A DNA stretch of 63,250 nt, filler included. It is 5 parts of 5 records of this genome, joined end to end, with 100 filler letters (N's around TTAATTAATTAA, not from the genome) between each part and the next. Parts side by side here need not be neighbours in the genome. Positions count along the whole stretch, not along the records: positions 15,947 to 28,673 come from SRR22947725_818; positions 28,774 to 39,533 come from SRR22947725_820; 3 more parts are not named here. One strand, given 5' to 3'. Shown here in pieces: positions 19,595 to 29,209 of this stretch; position 1 is the first letter of the stretch, and each line of letters opens with the position of its first letter. The notes under the pieces were generated by a model. It did no database searches, was not told the DNA's origin, and was given only the letters and a program-made list of their open reading frames with translations. Both the position numbers and the translations under genes were made by a program.

Positions 19595-20431
19595 ATGAAG
19601 ATATTTTATAATAAATTAGAGCTAATTGAACACTTAAATCAACTAAGAAAATTAGGCATAAGCATTGGTTTTGTTCCTACCATGGGGGCTTTACATAAAG
19701 GTCATTTGTCATTATTAAAGAAATCATCTTCAAATAATAAAGTGTCAGTTGTTAGTATATTTATTAATCCCACTCAGTTTAATAGTTCCTCGGATTTATC
19801 TACCTATCCAAATAATTTAAAAGAAGATTGTAGTCTGTTAAAAAGCATTTCTGAAGAAGTTTTAGTTTTTGCTCCAGACTCAAAAGAAATATATGGAAAT
19901 AAAATGTATGTTAAATCATTTAATTTCAAAGGACTTGATAAATTTATGGAGGGAGAATTTAGAAACAATCATTTCCAGGGCGTTGCAACAGTTGTTGAAC
20001 TTTTATTAGATATTGTAAAGCCTGATAGAGCATATTTTGGAGAAAAAGATTTTCAACAATTACAGATAATTAAAAGTTTAAAAACCAATATTAAAATTAT
20101 TGGCTGTGAAACCCAAAGAGAAAAGAGTGGCTTAGCCTTAAGCTCGCGAAACAATAAACTTTCTTCAAAATCTAAAAAAGTAGCTTCTAATATTTTTAAG
20201 AGTCTAACTTTTTTAAAATCCAACATATCAAATTACAATATTAAAGATTTAACAAATACAGTTATCGATAACATCAATTCTTTTGATCAAATGAATTTAG
20301 AATATTTAATTATCGCTGATGAAGATAAATTAGTTCCCACTGATTCTATAAATTTTAAAAAAAAATATAGAGCTTTTATCTCTGTTTTTGTTGACGGAAT
20401 CAGATTAATTGATAATATTGCACTTAATTAA
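19595..20431 (+). CDS. panC: Pantoate-beta-alanine ligase
   Basis: GFVPTMGALHKGHLSL, SIFINPTQF, YFGEKDFQQL, GLALSSRN, RLIDNI. Confidence 0.97.
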   Translation: MKIFYNKLELIEHLNQLRKLGISIGFVPTMGALHKGHLSLLKKSSSNNKVSVVSIFINPTQFNSSSDLSTYPNNLKEDCSLLKSISEEVLVFAPDSKEIYGNKMYVKSFNFKGLDKFMEGEFRNNHFQGVATVVELLLDIVKPDRAYFGEKDFQQLQIIKSLKTNIKIIGCETQREKSGLALSSRNNKLSSKSKKVASNIFKSLTFLKSNISNYNIKDLTNTVIDNINSFDQMNLEYLIIADEDKLVPTDSINFKKKYRAFISVFVDGIRLIDNIALN

Positions 20432-20438
20432 ATCTTAG

Positions 20439-20789
20439 ATGAAAATTCAAATTTTAAAATCAAAAATTCACAGAGTTAGAGTAACAGGAGCTGACTTAAA
20501 TTATATCGGCAGTATTACCATTGATGAAGATTTAATGGATGCTGCTAATATAATAGAGGGAGAAAAAATTCAAATAGTTAATAATAATAACGGTGAAAGA
20601 TTTGACACTTACGTTATTCCAGGTAAAAGAAATTCAGGAGAAATAACCGTCAATGGAGCTGCTGCTAGAAAGGTTCAGGTTGGCGATATTCTTATTTTAA
20701 TTACATATGCTTTTATGTCTTTGAAGAAAGCAAAATCTTTTAACCCTGCTATTGTGTTTCCTGATGAAAAAACTAATTTATTAAAATAG
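20439..20789 (+). CDS. panD: Aspartate 1-decarboxylase
   Basis: [14 protein letters not shown] (G-S self-cleavage site), [14 protein letters not shown]. Confidence 0.97.
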   Translation: MKIQILKSKIHRVRVTGADLNYIGSITIDEDLMDAANIIEGEKIQIVNNNNGERFDTYVIPGKRNSGEITVNGAAARKVQVGDILILITYAFMSLKKAKSFNPAIVFPDEKTNLLK

Positions 20790-20794
20790 CTTTT

Positions 20795-21763
20795 TTGAAT
20801 AAAATAATAATAAAGTCCATAAAAATTATTTTACCCATTTCAATTGGGTTAATACTTGTAGTTTATTCATTTTCAAAAATCTCTATCAATCAAATTCTTT
20901 TTTATCTGCAAAAATCTAATCCTTATTGGATTTTACTTGGTATTTTTTTTGGGACTTTAAGTCATATTTCAAGATCTTATCGATGGAATTATCTGCTAAA
21001 TCCATTAGGCTACAAGATTACTTTTTTAAATAGCTTTTTTGCTGTATTTTCTGCTTACTTAATTAATTTTACAGTTCCACGAGCTGGGGATGTAGCAAGA
21101 GCAACTATAATTTCTAAATACGAAAACATTCCTTTCGACAAAACACTTGGAACCGTTATAGCGGAAAGAATTGCAGATTTGATTTGCGCTTTTTCAATCA
21201 TATGTTTGGCAGTTTTTTTAAAAAAAGAATTTATAATAAATTTAATTTCAGAAAAATTTAATTCAATGAGTGTATTTTCATTGTTTTTTATTTCAAGTGT
21301 AATTATTTTACTCATTATCGGATTAAATTATTTTTTCCCCAACTTGTTAATTAAGATCAAAGTATTTTTAAAAGGGATCTTTGATGGTGTCTTAACAATA
21401 ACTAAAATGCAAAATAGATGGGCATTTATTTTTCATACCATTTTTATTTGGGTCATGTATGTACTTATGTTTTATGTTACATCTTTATCAATGCAAGAAA
21501 TTAATGATATATCTTTTGCTCCAATTTTAATAGGTTTCATACTTGGAATGTTTTCAATAGGAGCAACCAACGGAGGAATTGGAACATATCCTGAAGCTGT
21601 TGTAATTGCATTTTCTCTTTTTAGTATTGCTGAAGATCCAAGCCGTGCTTTTGGTTGGATTATGTGGTCTTCTCAAACAATAATGATTATTATTTTTGGA
21701 GGAATCTCGCTTTTATTACTTCCTGTTTATAACAATCACAGAAATAAGTCAATTACCAATTAA
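20795..21763 (+). CDS. Lysylphosphatidylglycerol synthase TM / flippase-like membrane protein
   Basis: Multi-TM; RSYRW, PRAGDVAR, GTVIAERIAD, NGGIGTYP. Confidence 0.82.
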   Translation: MNKIIIKSIKIILPISIGLILVVYSFSKISINQILFYLQKSNPYWILLGIFFGTLSHISRSYRWNYLLNPLGYKITFLNSFFAVFSAYLINFTVPRAGDVARATIISKYENIPFDKTLGTVIAERIADLICAFSIICLAVFLKKEFIINLISEKFNSMSVFSLFFISSVIILLIIGLNYFFPNLLIKIKVFLKGIFDGVLTITKMQNRWAFIFHTIFIWVMYVLMFYVTSLSMQEINDISFAPILIGFILGMFSIGATNGGIGTYPEAVVIAFSLFSIAEDPSRAFGWIMWSSQTIMIIIFGGISLLLLPVYNNHRNKSITN

Positions 21764-21815
21764 TTTTTTACATATTTTACTACCTTCACATTGATAAAAA
21801 ATATTAACAATATAT

Positions 21816-22964
21816 ATGTTTAAAATTAAGTCCCTAGTTCTGTATTTTTTTATAAATATCTCTTTTTCTCAAACTATTTATGATAGTTTTGAATCTGAAT
21901 TTTTGAACGATTCTCGTGAGTTGAAAATTCAATTACCTAGAAACTATGATAACAATGTTAAAAAAGACTACCCTCTAATTATTGTTTTTGATGGCGATTA
22001 TATGTTTGAGGCTGTTTCAGGCAGTGTTGATTATTTATCATATTGGGGAGATATTCCTGAGTCCATAATAGTTGGAGTTAATCAAATTGATTCAAGATAT
22101 GATGACTGCAGTGTTTTAGATAATATCGATTTTATTCCTATCTCCTCAAGTGCAAATTTCTTTGATTTTATTTCTCAAGAGTTGATTCCTTTTTTTGATA
22201 AAAACTATCGAACTACAAAATTTAAAGTAGCTGTCGGACACGAGGCTACTGCAAATTATATTAATTATTTTTTGTTAAACAATAAAACTTCAATTTCAGG
22301 TTTTATAGCTATTAGTCCAAAGTTTTCATACAATATGGAGAATTACATAATCAAAAGATTTGATAAAATTAAAAGTAATATTTTTTATTATTTAGTTAGC
22401 TCTAATACAGACTTTAAGTCAATAAACGAGAGGACAAAAATGTTGTCTGAAAATCTTTTGACTTTAAATAATGATTTAGTATCATTTAAATATAAACAGC
22501 ATGAAAATCTGACTCATTATAATTTACCTATACATTCAATTTCAGAAGGTATTGAACATGTATTTGCTACTTATTCAGCCATTAATTCTATAGAATATGA
22601 CTCATTTTTAAGTAAAATTCAAACCTCTCCTGTCAAATATTTGATTGACAAATATGATAATATTTATAACTATTACGGAGTAAATAAAGAAATTCTAATT
22701 AATGATTTTAGAGCTGTTGAAAAATACATTGAAGAAAGTGAGCAGTATAAATACTTCAAAGATCTTTCAAAATTAGCTATTGATAAATACCCAAAAACAA
22801 TTTTAGGAAGCTATTTTATGGGCCTCTATCACGAAAGGAATGGAGATATTAGAAAAGCAATGCATATATATAGATCTGCATATACTCTAGAGGATGTTAA
22901 AGGAATTACAAAAGATGAGTTGTTAGAAAAGGCAGATTTAATTAATCAAGATTTACAGTACTAA
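21816..22964 (+). CDS. Alpha/beta hydrolase (esterase fold) protein with C-terminal TPR-like helices
   Basis: RELKIQLP..Y, YPLIIVFDG, PESIIVG, ELIPFFDKNYRT; nucleophile elbow reads GHEAT. Confidence 0.75.
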   Translation: MFKIKSLVLYFFINISFSQTIYDSFESEFLNDSRELKIQLPRNYDNNVKKDYPLIIVFDGDYMFEAVSGSVDYLSYWGDIPESIIVGVNQIDSRYDDCSVLDNIDFIPISSSANFFDFISQELIPFFDKNYRTTKFKVAVGHEATANYINYFLLNNKTSISGFIAISPKFSYNMENYIIKRFDKIKSNIFYYLVSSNTDFKSINERTKMLSENLLTLNNDLVSFKYKQHENLTHYNLPIHSISEGIEHVFATYSAINSIEYDSFLSKIQTSPVKYLIDKYDNIYNYYGVNKEILINDFRAVEKYIEESEQYKYFKDLSKLAIDKYPKTILGSYFMGLYHERNGDIRKAMHIYRSAYTLEDVKGITKDELLEKADLINQDLQY

Positions 22965-24322
22965 TGAGTAAAGTTAAAACAACTTTTATTTGTAATAATT
23001 GCGGAACCAATTTCCCAAAATGGCAAGGTCAGTGTACATCATGTAAAAGCTGGAATTCTATTTCTGAAGAAGTTATTTTAAAAACCAATAGTAACTCTTG
23101 GGAGACCGAAACCGTTAAAAGTGTTAAATCAAATACTCCTCAAAAGATCTCAAATATTGTTTACAAAGAAGAGGATAGATTAGTAACCTCAGACACTGAA
23201 TTTAATAGGGTTCTAGGTGGAGGCATTGTGCCTGGATCCCTTACTTTATTAGGAGGTGAACCAGGGATTGGGAAAAGTACATTATTACTACAAATAGCCA
23301 TTAGGCTTCCATACTCTACACTTTATGTTTCTGGCGAAGAGAGTCAAAGTCAAATTAAAATGAGGGCCAATAGAATGAATTACGAAAGTGATGATTGTTA
23401 TGTTTTAACTGAGATTAGTTTGGAAAGTATATTTAAGCAAATTCAAAAAACACAACCTCAAATATTAATTATAGATTCTATTCAAACATTAAAAACTGAA
23501 TTAGTAGATTCAGCACCTGGAAGTGTATCTCAAATAAAAACTTGTACTTCTGAATTAATCAATTTTGCAAAAAAAACAGCCACTCCAGTTATTATAATTG
23601 GACACATTACAAAAGATGGAAATATTGCTGGCCCAAAGATATTAGAGCATATGGTAGACACTGTACTTCAATTCGAAGGAGACAGGAATCATGTTTACAG
23701 AATTTTAAGAGTAAATAAAAACAGATTTGGGTCAACAAATGAGATTGGTGTTTATGAGATGAATATTAAAGGGTTAAAAGAAATCACTAATCCATCTGAG
23801 ATATTAATTTCTAAAAAAAATCAAGAACTTAGCGGGAATGCAATATCAGCAACAATAGAAGGAATGAGGCCTTTTATGATTGAAGTTCAGGCATTGGTAA
23901 GTACAGCAGTTTACGGTACTCCACAAAGAAGTTCAACTGGATATAATTCAAAGAGATTAAATATGCTCTTGGCTGTATTAGAAAAAAGAGTTGGTTTTAG
24001 ATTAGCTTCAAAAGATGTTTTTTTGAACATTACAGGTGGAATTTCTGTGGACGATACTGCACTTGACCTTGCTATTGTTGCTGCTATTATCTCATCGAAC
24101 GAAGACTTAGTTTTAAATGAAAAATATTGTTTTGCAGCAGAGGTTGGCCTTTCTGGTGAAATAAGACCCGTACAAAGACTAGAACAAAGAATTGCTGAAG
24201 CTGAAAAACTTGGGTTTTCAAAAATATTTATTTCAAAATTTAGTAAGCTTAATATCTCTACGAAATCCATTAAAATTATATTTTTATCAAAGATTGAAGA
24301 TTTAATCAATAATTTAAATTAA
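22964..24322 (+). CDS. radA: DNA repair protein RadA/Sms
   Basis: CNNC..CTSC zinc finger, GEPGIGKST, IDSIQT, KNRFG, Lon-like C-terminal domain. Confidence 0.97.
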   Translation: MSKVKTTFICNNCGTNFPKWQGQCTSCKSWNSISEEVILKTNSNSWETETVKSVKSNTPQKISNIVYKEEDRLVTSDTEFNRVLGGGIVPGSLTLLGGEPGIGKSTLLLQIAIRLPYSTLYVSGEESQSQIKMRANRMNYESDDCYVLTEISLESIFKQIQKTQPQILIIDSIQTLKTELVDSAPGSVSQIKTCTSELINFAKKTATPVIIIGHITKDGNIAGPKILEHMVDTVLQFEGDRNHVYRILRVNKNRFGSTNEIGVYEMNIKGLKEITNPSEILISKKNQELSGNAISATIEGMRPFMIEVQALVSTAVYGTPQRSSTGYNSKRLNMLLAVLEKRVGFRLASKDVFLNITGGISVDDTALDLAIVAAIISSNEDLVLNEKYCFAAEVGLSGEIRPVQRLEQRIAEAEKLGFSKIFISKFSKLNISTKSIKIIFLSKIEDLINNLN

Positions 24323-24387
24323 TTTCAAGAGGCACTTCTAACAAGAATATAACTAAATTTAGTATTTTCGCAACTAGTTTAAAAAAC

Positions 24388-27300
24388 ATGATATTTCCTG
24401 ATTATAATAATTTAAATCTTTCTAAAATAGGTGATCAAATTTTAACCTATTGGAAGGATAATAATATTTTTGAAAAGTCAGTTCAATCAAGAGAAGGCGC
24501 AAAGCCATTTATTTTTTTTGAAGGACCTCCTTCTGCAAATGGACTTCCCGGAATTCACCATGTATTAGCTAGAACAATTAAAGATATTTTCCCTAGATAT
24601 AAAACTATGAAAGGCTTTCAGGTAAATAGAAAAGCAGGGTGGGACACCCATGGTTTACCAATTGAACTCGGAGTCGAAAAAAAATTAGGAATCACTAAGG
24701 AAGATATTGGCTCAAAAATCTCTGTCGAAGATTACAACTCAGAGTGTAAGAAAGAGGTAATGAAGTACACTCATATATGGAATGATTTGACTTCTAAAAT
24801 GGGCTATTGGGTAAACATGAATGACCCATATATTACATATGAATCAAAATATATGGAAAGTGTATGGTGGTTGTTAAAACAAATCTATAATAAGAATTTA
24901 ATATACAAAGGTTATACAATACAACCATATTCACCTAAAGCAGGGACTGGATTAAGTTCTCACGAATTGAATCAACCAGGGACTTACCAAGACGTTACTG
25001 ACACTACAGTTACTGCTCAATTTAAGGCAGTTGAAAATACTTTACCTAGCTTTTTGCAAATAAACTCTCCTGTATATTTTTTAGCTTGGACTACTACCCC
25101 TTGGACTCTACCTAGTAATACAGCGTTAACAGTTGGTTCCAAGATTGAATATGTGTTAGTAAAATCTTATAATCAATATACCTTTGAACCTACAAATGTA
25201 ATACTAGCTAAAGCTTTAGTGGCAAAACAATTTAATGGTAAATACTTTGAAGTTAATAATTCAGACGATTTAGTTCATTTTAAAAATGAAGATAAAAAAA
25301 TCCCTTACTTCATTTGTAGTTCATTTAAAGGAAAAGATTTACTTGATGTTAAATATGAGCAACTTTTAGATTATGCATTGCCTTATGATAATCCAGAGAA
25401 TGCATTTCGAGTTATTGCGGGCGACTTTGTTACAACTGAAGACGGAACAGGTATAGTTCATACGGCACCTACTTTTGGAGCTGATGATGCCCTAGTAGCA
25501 AAACAAGCCAGCCCTGAAATACCCCCGTTACTTGTGAAAGATGAAAATGATAATTTAGTGCCACTGGTAGATTTACAAGGAAAGTTTAGGCCAGAAATGA
25601 AAGAATTTGCTGGCAAATTCGTAAAAAACGAATACTATAGTGATAATAATATCCCAGATAAATCAATTGATGTAGAGTTAGCAATTAAATTAAAAATTGA
25701 AAATAAAGCATTTAAAGTAGAGAAATACAAACATAGTTATCCTAATTGTTGGAGAACTGACAAGCCTATCCTTTACTATCCACTGGACTCTTGGTTCATT
25801 AAAGTTTCAGAATTCAAAGAGGATATGTATAGCTTAAATAAAAGTATTAATTGGAAACCAAAATCTACTGGTGAGGGAAGGTTTGGCAATTGGTTAGAAA
25901 ATGCTAATGACTGGAATTTGTCTAGGTCAAGATTTTGGGGAATTCCATTACCTATCTGGAGAACTGATGACGGTAAAGAAGTTATTTGTATTGGCTCAAT
26001 TGAAGAATTAAAAGATGAAATGCAACAAGCTATTACTGCAGGTTTTATGCGGGAAGATATATATAAAGAATTTGTTGTAAATGATTTCTCTAAAACAAAT
26101 TATGATAAAGTCGATTTACATAAAAACATTGTTGATAAAATTATTTTATGTTCAAACACTGGTAAAAAGATGTTTAGAGAAACAGACTTAATAGATGTTT
26201 GGTTTGATTCAGGCAGTATGCCTTATGCTCAGTGGCACTATCCTTTTGAAAACAAAACTCTAATTAATGATAACAAGGCATTCCCTGCAGATTTTATTGC
26301 TGAAGGTGTTGATCAGACAAGAGGTTGGTTTTACACCCTTCATGCGATAGGAACTTCAGTTTTTAATTCCATTGCTTATAAAAATGTGGTTTCTAATGGA
26401 TTAGTTTTGGATAAAAATGGACAAAAGATGTCTAAAAGATTAGGAAATGCAGTTGACCCATTTACTACAATAGCAAACTATGGGCCAGATGCAACTAGAT
26501 GGTACATGATTTCAAACTCTAACCCCTGGGACAATTTAAAATTTGATATTAATGGAATTGAAGAGGTTAAAAGAAAATTTTTTGGGACCCTGTACAATAC
26601 ATATTCCTTTTTTGTGCTTTATGCTAATATTGATAAATTTGATTATTCTGAAGATGAAATAGAAATTAGCAGCAGACCTGAAATTGACAGATGGATTTTA
26701 TCTGAGCTAAATACTTTGATTAAAAATGTAGATAAATTTTATTCTGAATATGAGCCAACTAAAGTCGCTAGAACTATTTCTGACTTCACGGTTGAGATAT
26801 TAAGTAACTGGTATGTACGACTTTCTAGAAGAAGATTTTGGAAAGGAGATTATGAGTCGGATAAAATATCAGCTTACCAAACTCTTTATACTTGTCTTAT
26901 AACCATTTCAAAATTAGCAGCTCCAATAGCTCCATTTTTCATGGACAAGTTATTTCTAGATCTTACTAATAATATCTCAAAATTCAATGACCAGAGTGTT
27001 CATTTAACAAACTTCCCCACATGTAATGAGCTATTGATTGACTCTGATTTGGAAAGAAAAATGAAATATGCTCAAAAGATTTCTTCATTGACTCTATCTC
27101 TTAGAGCTAAAGAAAAAATAAAAGTTAGACAGCCTTTAAATAAGATTATGATTCCTGTTTCTAATTCTGATCAAAAAAACGAAATTGAAGCAGTCTCTGA
27201 TTTAATCAAAAATGAGGTGAATGTTAAAGAAATTCAACTATTAGAGGGTGCGTCAGATATTTTAGTTAAAAACATTAAACCCAACTTTAAAACACTTGGA

Positions 27301-27786
27301 CCAAAGTATGGCAAATTAATGAAAGATATTTCAAATGTCGTTAGCAAGTTAAATGCTAACGATATAAAAAAATTAGAACAAACTGGTAATATTGAACTTG
27401 CCGTTAATGAAAAAAGTATTATTTTCGAGATTAGTGATTTTGAAATAGTATCTCAAGATATTGAAGGCTGGCTAGTAGCACATGAAGGAGCACTAACGGT
27501 TGCTTTAGATATCGTGATCGATAAAAATTTAAAAGACGAAGGAATCTCAAGAGAGTTTGTAAGTAAAATACAAACTATGAGAAAGAACTCAGGTTTTGAA
27601 GTTACTGATAGAATAAATATTGTTATTGAACACGATTCTAATATTATAGAAGCAATTGACAATAATATAAATTATATAAAATCTGAAACTTTAGCGAAGG
27701 ATTTAAAAATTGTGTTTGAGTTAAAAGATGGAGATGAAATATCTTTCGATGATGTTAAAACAAAAATAAGTATAAATAAAATTTAA
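24388..27786 (+). CDS. ileS: Isoleucyl-tRNA synthetase, type 2
   Basis: EGPPSANGLPGIHH, GWDTHGLP, WTTTPWTLP, GTGIVHTAP, KMSKR, RQPL; no C-terminal zinc finger. Confidence 0.97.
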   Translation: MIFPDYNNLNLSKIGDQILTYWKDNNIFEKSVQSREGAKPFIFFEGPPSANGLPGIHHVLARTIKDIFPRYKTMKGFQVNRKAGWDTHGLPIELGVEKKLGITKEDIGSKISVEDYNSECKKEVMKYTHIWNDLTSKMGYWVNMNDPYITYESKYMESVWWLLKQIYNKNLIYKGYTIQPYSPKAGTGLSSHELNQPGTYQDVTDTTVTAQFKAVENTLPSFLQINSPVYFLAWTTTPWTLPSNTALTVGSKIEYVLVKSYNQYTFEPTNVILAKALVAKQFNGKYFEVNNSDDLVHFKNEDKKIPYFICSSFKGKDLLDVKYEQLLDYALPYDNPENAFRVIAGDFVTTEDGTGIVHTAPTFGADDALVAKQASPEIPPLLVKDENDNLVPLVDLQGKFRPEMKEFAGKFVKNEYYSDNNIPDKSIDVELAIKLKIENKAFKVEKYKHSYPNCWRTDKPILYYPLDSWFIKVSEFKEDMYSLNKSINWKPKSTGEGRFGNWLENANDWNLSRSRFWGIPLPIWRTDDGKEVICIGSIEELKDEMQQAITAGFMREDIYKEFVVNDFSKTNYDKVDLHKNIVDKIILCSNTGKKMFRETDLIDVWFDSGSMPYAQWHYPFENKTLINDNKAFPADFIAEGVDQTRGWFYTLHAIGTSVFNSIAYKNVVSNGLVLDKNGQKMSKRLGNAVDPFTTIANYGPDATRWYMISNSNPWDNLKFDINGIEEVKRKFFGTLYNTYSFFVLYANIDKFDYSEDEIEISSRPEIDRWILSELNTLIKNVDKFYSEYEPTKVARTISDFTVEILSNWYVRLSRRRFWKGDYESDKISAYQTLYTCLITISKLAAPIAPFFMDKLFLDLTNNISKFNDQSVHLTNFPTCNELLIDSDLERKMKYAQKISSLTLSLRAKEKIKVRQPLNKIMIPVSNSDQKNEIEAVSDLIKNEVNVKEIQLLEGASDILVKNIKPNFKTLGPKYGKLMKDISNVVSKLNANDIKKLEQTGNIELAVNEKSIIFEISDFEIVSQDIEGWLVAHEGALTVALDIVIDKNLKDEGISREFVSKIQTMRKNSGFEVTDRINIVIEHDSNIIEAIDNNINYIKSETLAKDLKIVFELKDGDEISFDDVKTKISINKI

Positions 27787-27790
27787 AGAC

Positions 27791-28174
27791 ATGTCTGCAG
27801 AAAAAACATACAAATATTCCGATAAGGATCTAGCAATATTTAAAAAATTAATTACAGAAAAAATTAGCAAAGCTAATCATGATTTAGAGCTAATAAAAAG
27901 CGCTTATTTAAATGACCATAATAACGGCACTGAAGACACTTCTCCTACATTTAAAGCTTTTGATGAAGGTAGTGCTGTTATGAGTAAAGAATCTAATTCT
28001 CAATTAGCTATTCGTCAAGAAAAGTTTATAAGGGATTTAAAAACAGCTCTTATAAGAATAGAAAATAAGACCTATGGAATATGCAGGGTAACTGGAAAAC
28101 TAATTAATAAAAAAAGATTAGAATTAGTTCCACATGCAACCTTAAGTATTGAAGCTAAAAATATGCAAAAGTAA
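27791..28174 (+). CDS. TraR/DksA family transcription factor (single-Cys form)
   Basis: Coiled coil followed by ALIRIENKTYGICRVTGKLINKKRLELVPHATLSIEAK; conserved position after ileS in Bacteroidota. Confidence 0.88.
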   Translation: MSAEKTYKYSDKDLAIFKKLITEKISKANHDLELIKSAYLNDHNNGTEDTSPTFKAFDEGSAVMSKESNSQLAIRQEKFIRDLKTALIRIENKTYGICRVTGKLINKKRLELVPHATLSIEAKNMQK

Positions 28175-28232
28175 TTTCTACATATAAAAATTTGGTCATA
28201 CCATAGCTTGATCAGTTACTATATAATTAATT

Positions 28233-28346
28233 CTAACGAATTTTCCTTTTAAAGGTATTTCTTCTTCTGCGTGAATAACCTTTAAATGATAATATATTGG
28301 CAAGACCTGAGAGAAAGATAGAAATAAAGGATTTTTTTGTTTTCAT
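28233..28346 (-). CDS. Possible 37-aa small protein (not in ORF track)
   Basis: ATG..TAG reading MKTKKSFISIFLSGLANILSFKGYSRRRRNTFKRKIR in an otherwise empty gap; near-match -7 element TATCTTTTG just upstream. Confidence 0.3.
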   Translation of the reverse strand: MKTKKSFISIFLSGLANILSFKGYSRRRRNTFKRKIR

Positions 28347-28386
28347 TTTCAAAAGATAACAATTTTTAATAAAGTGTTAAATAATT

Positions 28387-28394
28387 TACCTTTG
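28387..28394 (+). promoter_or_regulatory. Bacteroidota -7 element for uvrC
   Basis: TACCTTTG, matching TAnnTTTG, 4 nt before the uvrC ATG. Confidence 0.6.
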
Positions 28395-28398
28395 GGAT

Positions 28399-28673
28399 AT
28401 GACTACAATTGAATTAAACAATACAATTAGATATCTACCTAATAGCCCAGGTGTTTATCAGTTTTTAAATTCAGATGATGTTATTATATACGTTGGAAAA
28501 GCTAAAAGTTTAAAAAATAGGGTTGGCTCTTATTTTAAACAAAATCACAAAGACGGAAAAACTAATTCTCTTGTAAAAAACATTCACAACATTATACATG
28601 TCGTTGTAAAAACAGAGTCTGACGCTTTGCTTTTAGAAAATAGTCTAATTAAAAAATTTCAACCTAAATACAA
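28399..28673 (+). CDS. uvrC: Excinuclease ABC subunit C, N-terminal GIY-YIG fragment (truncated)
   Basis: LPNSPGVYQF, IIYVGKAKSLKNRVGSYF, ALLLENSLIKKFQPKY. Confidence 0.93.
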
Positions 28674-28773
28674 NNNNNNNNNNNNNNNNNNNNNNNNNNN
28701 NNNNNNNNNNNNNNNNNTTAATTAATTAANNNNNNNNNNNNNNNNNNNNNNNNNNNNNNNNNNNNNNNNNNNN
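28674..28773. other. Artificial contig spacer
   Basis: N44-TTAATTAATTAA-N44; abrupt AT-rich to GC-rich switch. Confidence 0.99.
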
Positions 28774-29049
28774 CGCGATAAAATCGACCACATCGAAGCG
28801 GCCACCCCGCGCACCGTGAACCGCTACACCAAATCGATGCAAGGCACCTCCTTCGGCACCAAGTTCGAAGGCCTCAAAGTCTCTATGGAGCTCTCTGATC
28901 ATATCGAAGGCCTCTACCACGCTGGCTCCGTCGGCATCATCATGTCCGGCTGGCTCGGCACCATGAACTACGGTGTGATCACCGCCAACAAGATGGACAA
29001 GTGGCTCTACGAAAAGGGGAAGGGCGGCGTCGCCGCAACTGGTGTCTGA
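28774..29049 (+). CDS. C-terminal fragment of a phytoene desaturase-like NAD(P)/FAD-dependent oxidoreductase
   Basis: Frame open from contig start: [41 protein letters not shown]; TPxT..Y and GLY.AG fit the CrtI-like C-terminus. Confidence 0.65.
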   Translation, partial: RDKIDHIEAATPRTVNRYTKSMQGTSFGTKFEGLKVSMELSDHIEGLYHAGSVGIIMSGWLGTMNYGVITANKMDKWLYEKGKGGVAATGV

Positions 29050-29209
29050 CTGGTGGCTACTTTTGGTAGGCGTAGAAGTGAAGCATATTTTGTCCAGACG
29101 ATAGGACGCCCAGTCGATTGGCAAGCTCATGTAGTATTTGGTATTACTGGCACCGATAGCCTTTTTGAGGCTTGCCCGGAGCATCGGTGCTTTTATGCAT
29201 CGTGCATCT

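Noticed and set aside
24323..24387. T-box leader before ileS
   Set aside because: Only 65 nt, with no T-box sequence or terminator.
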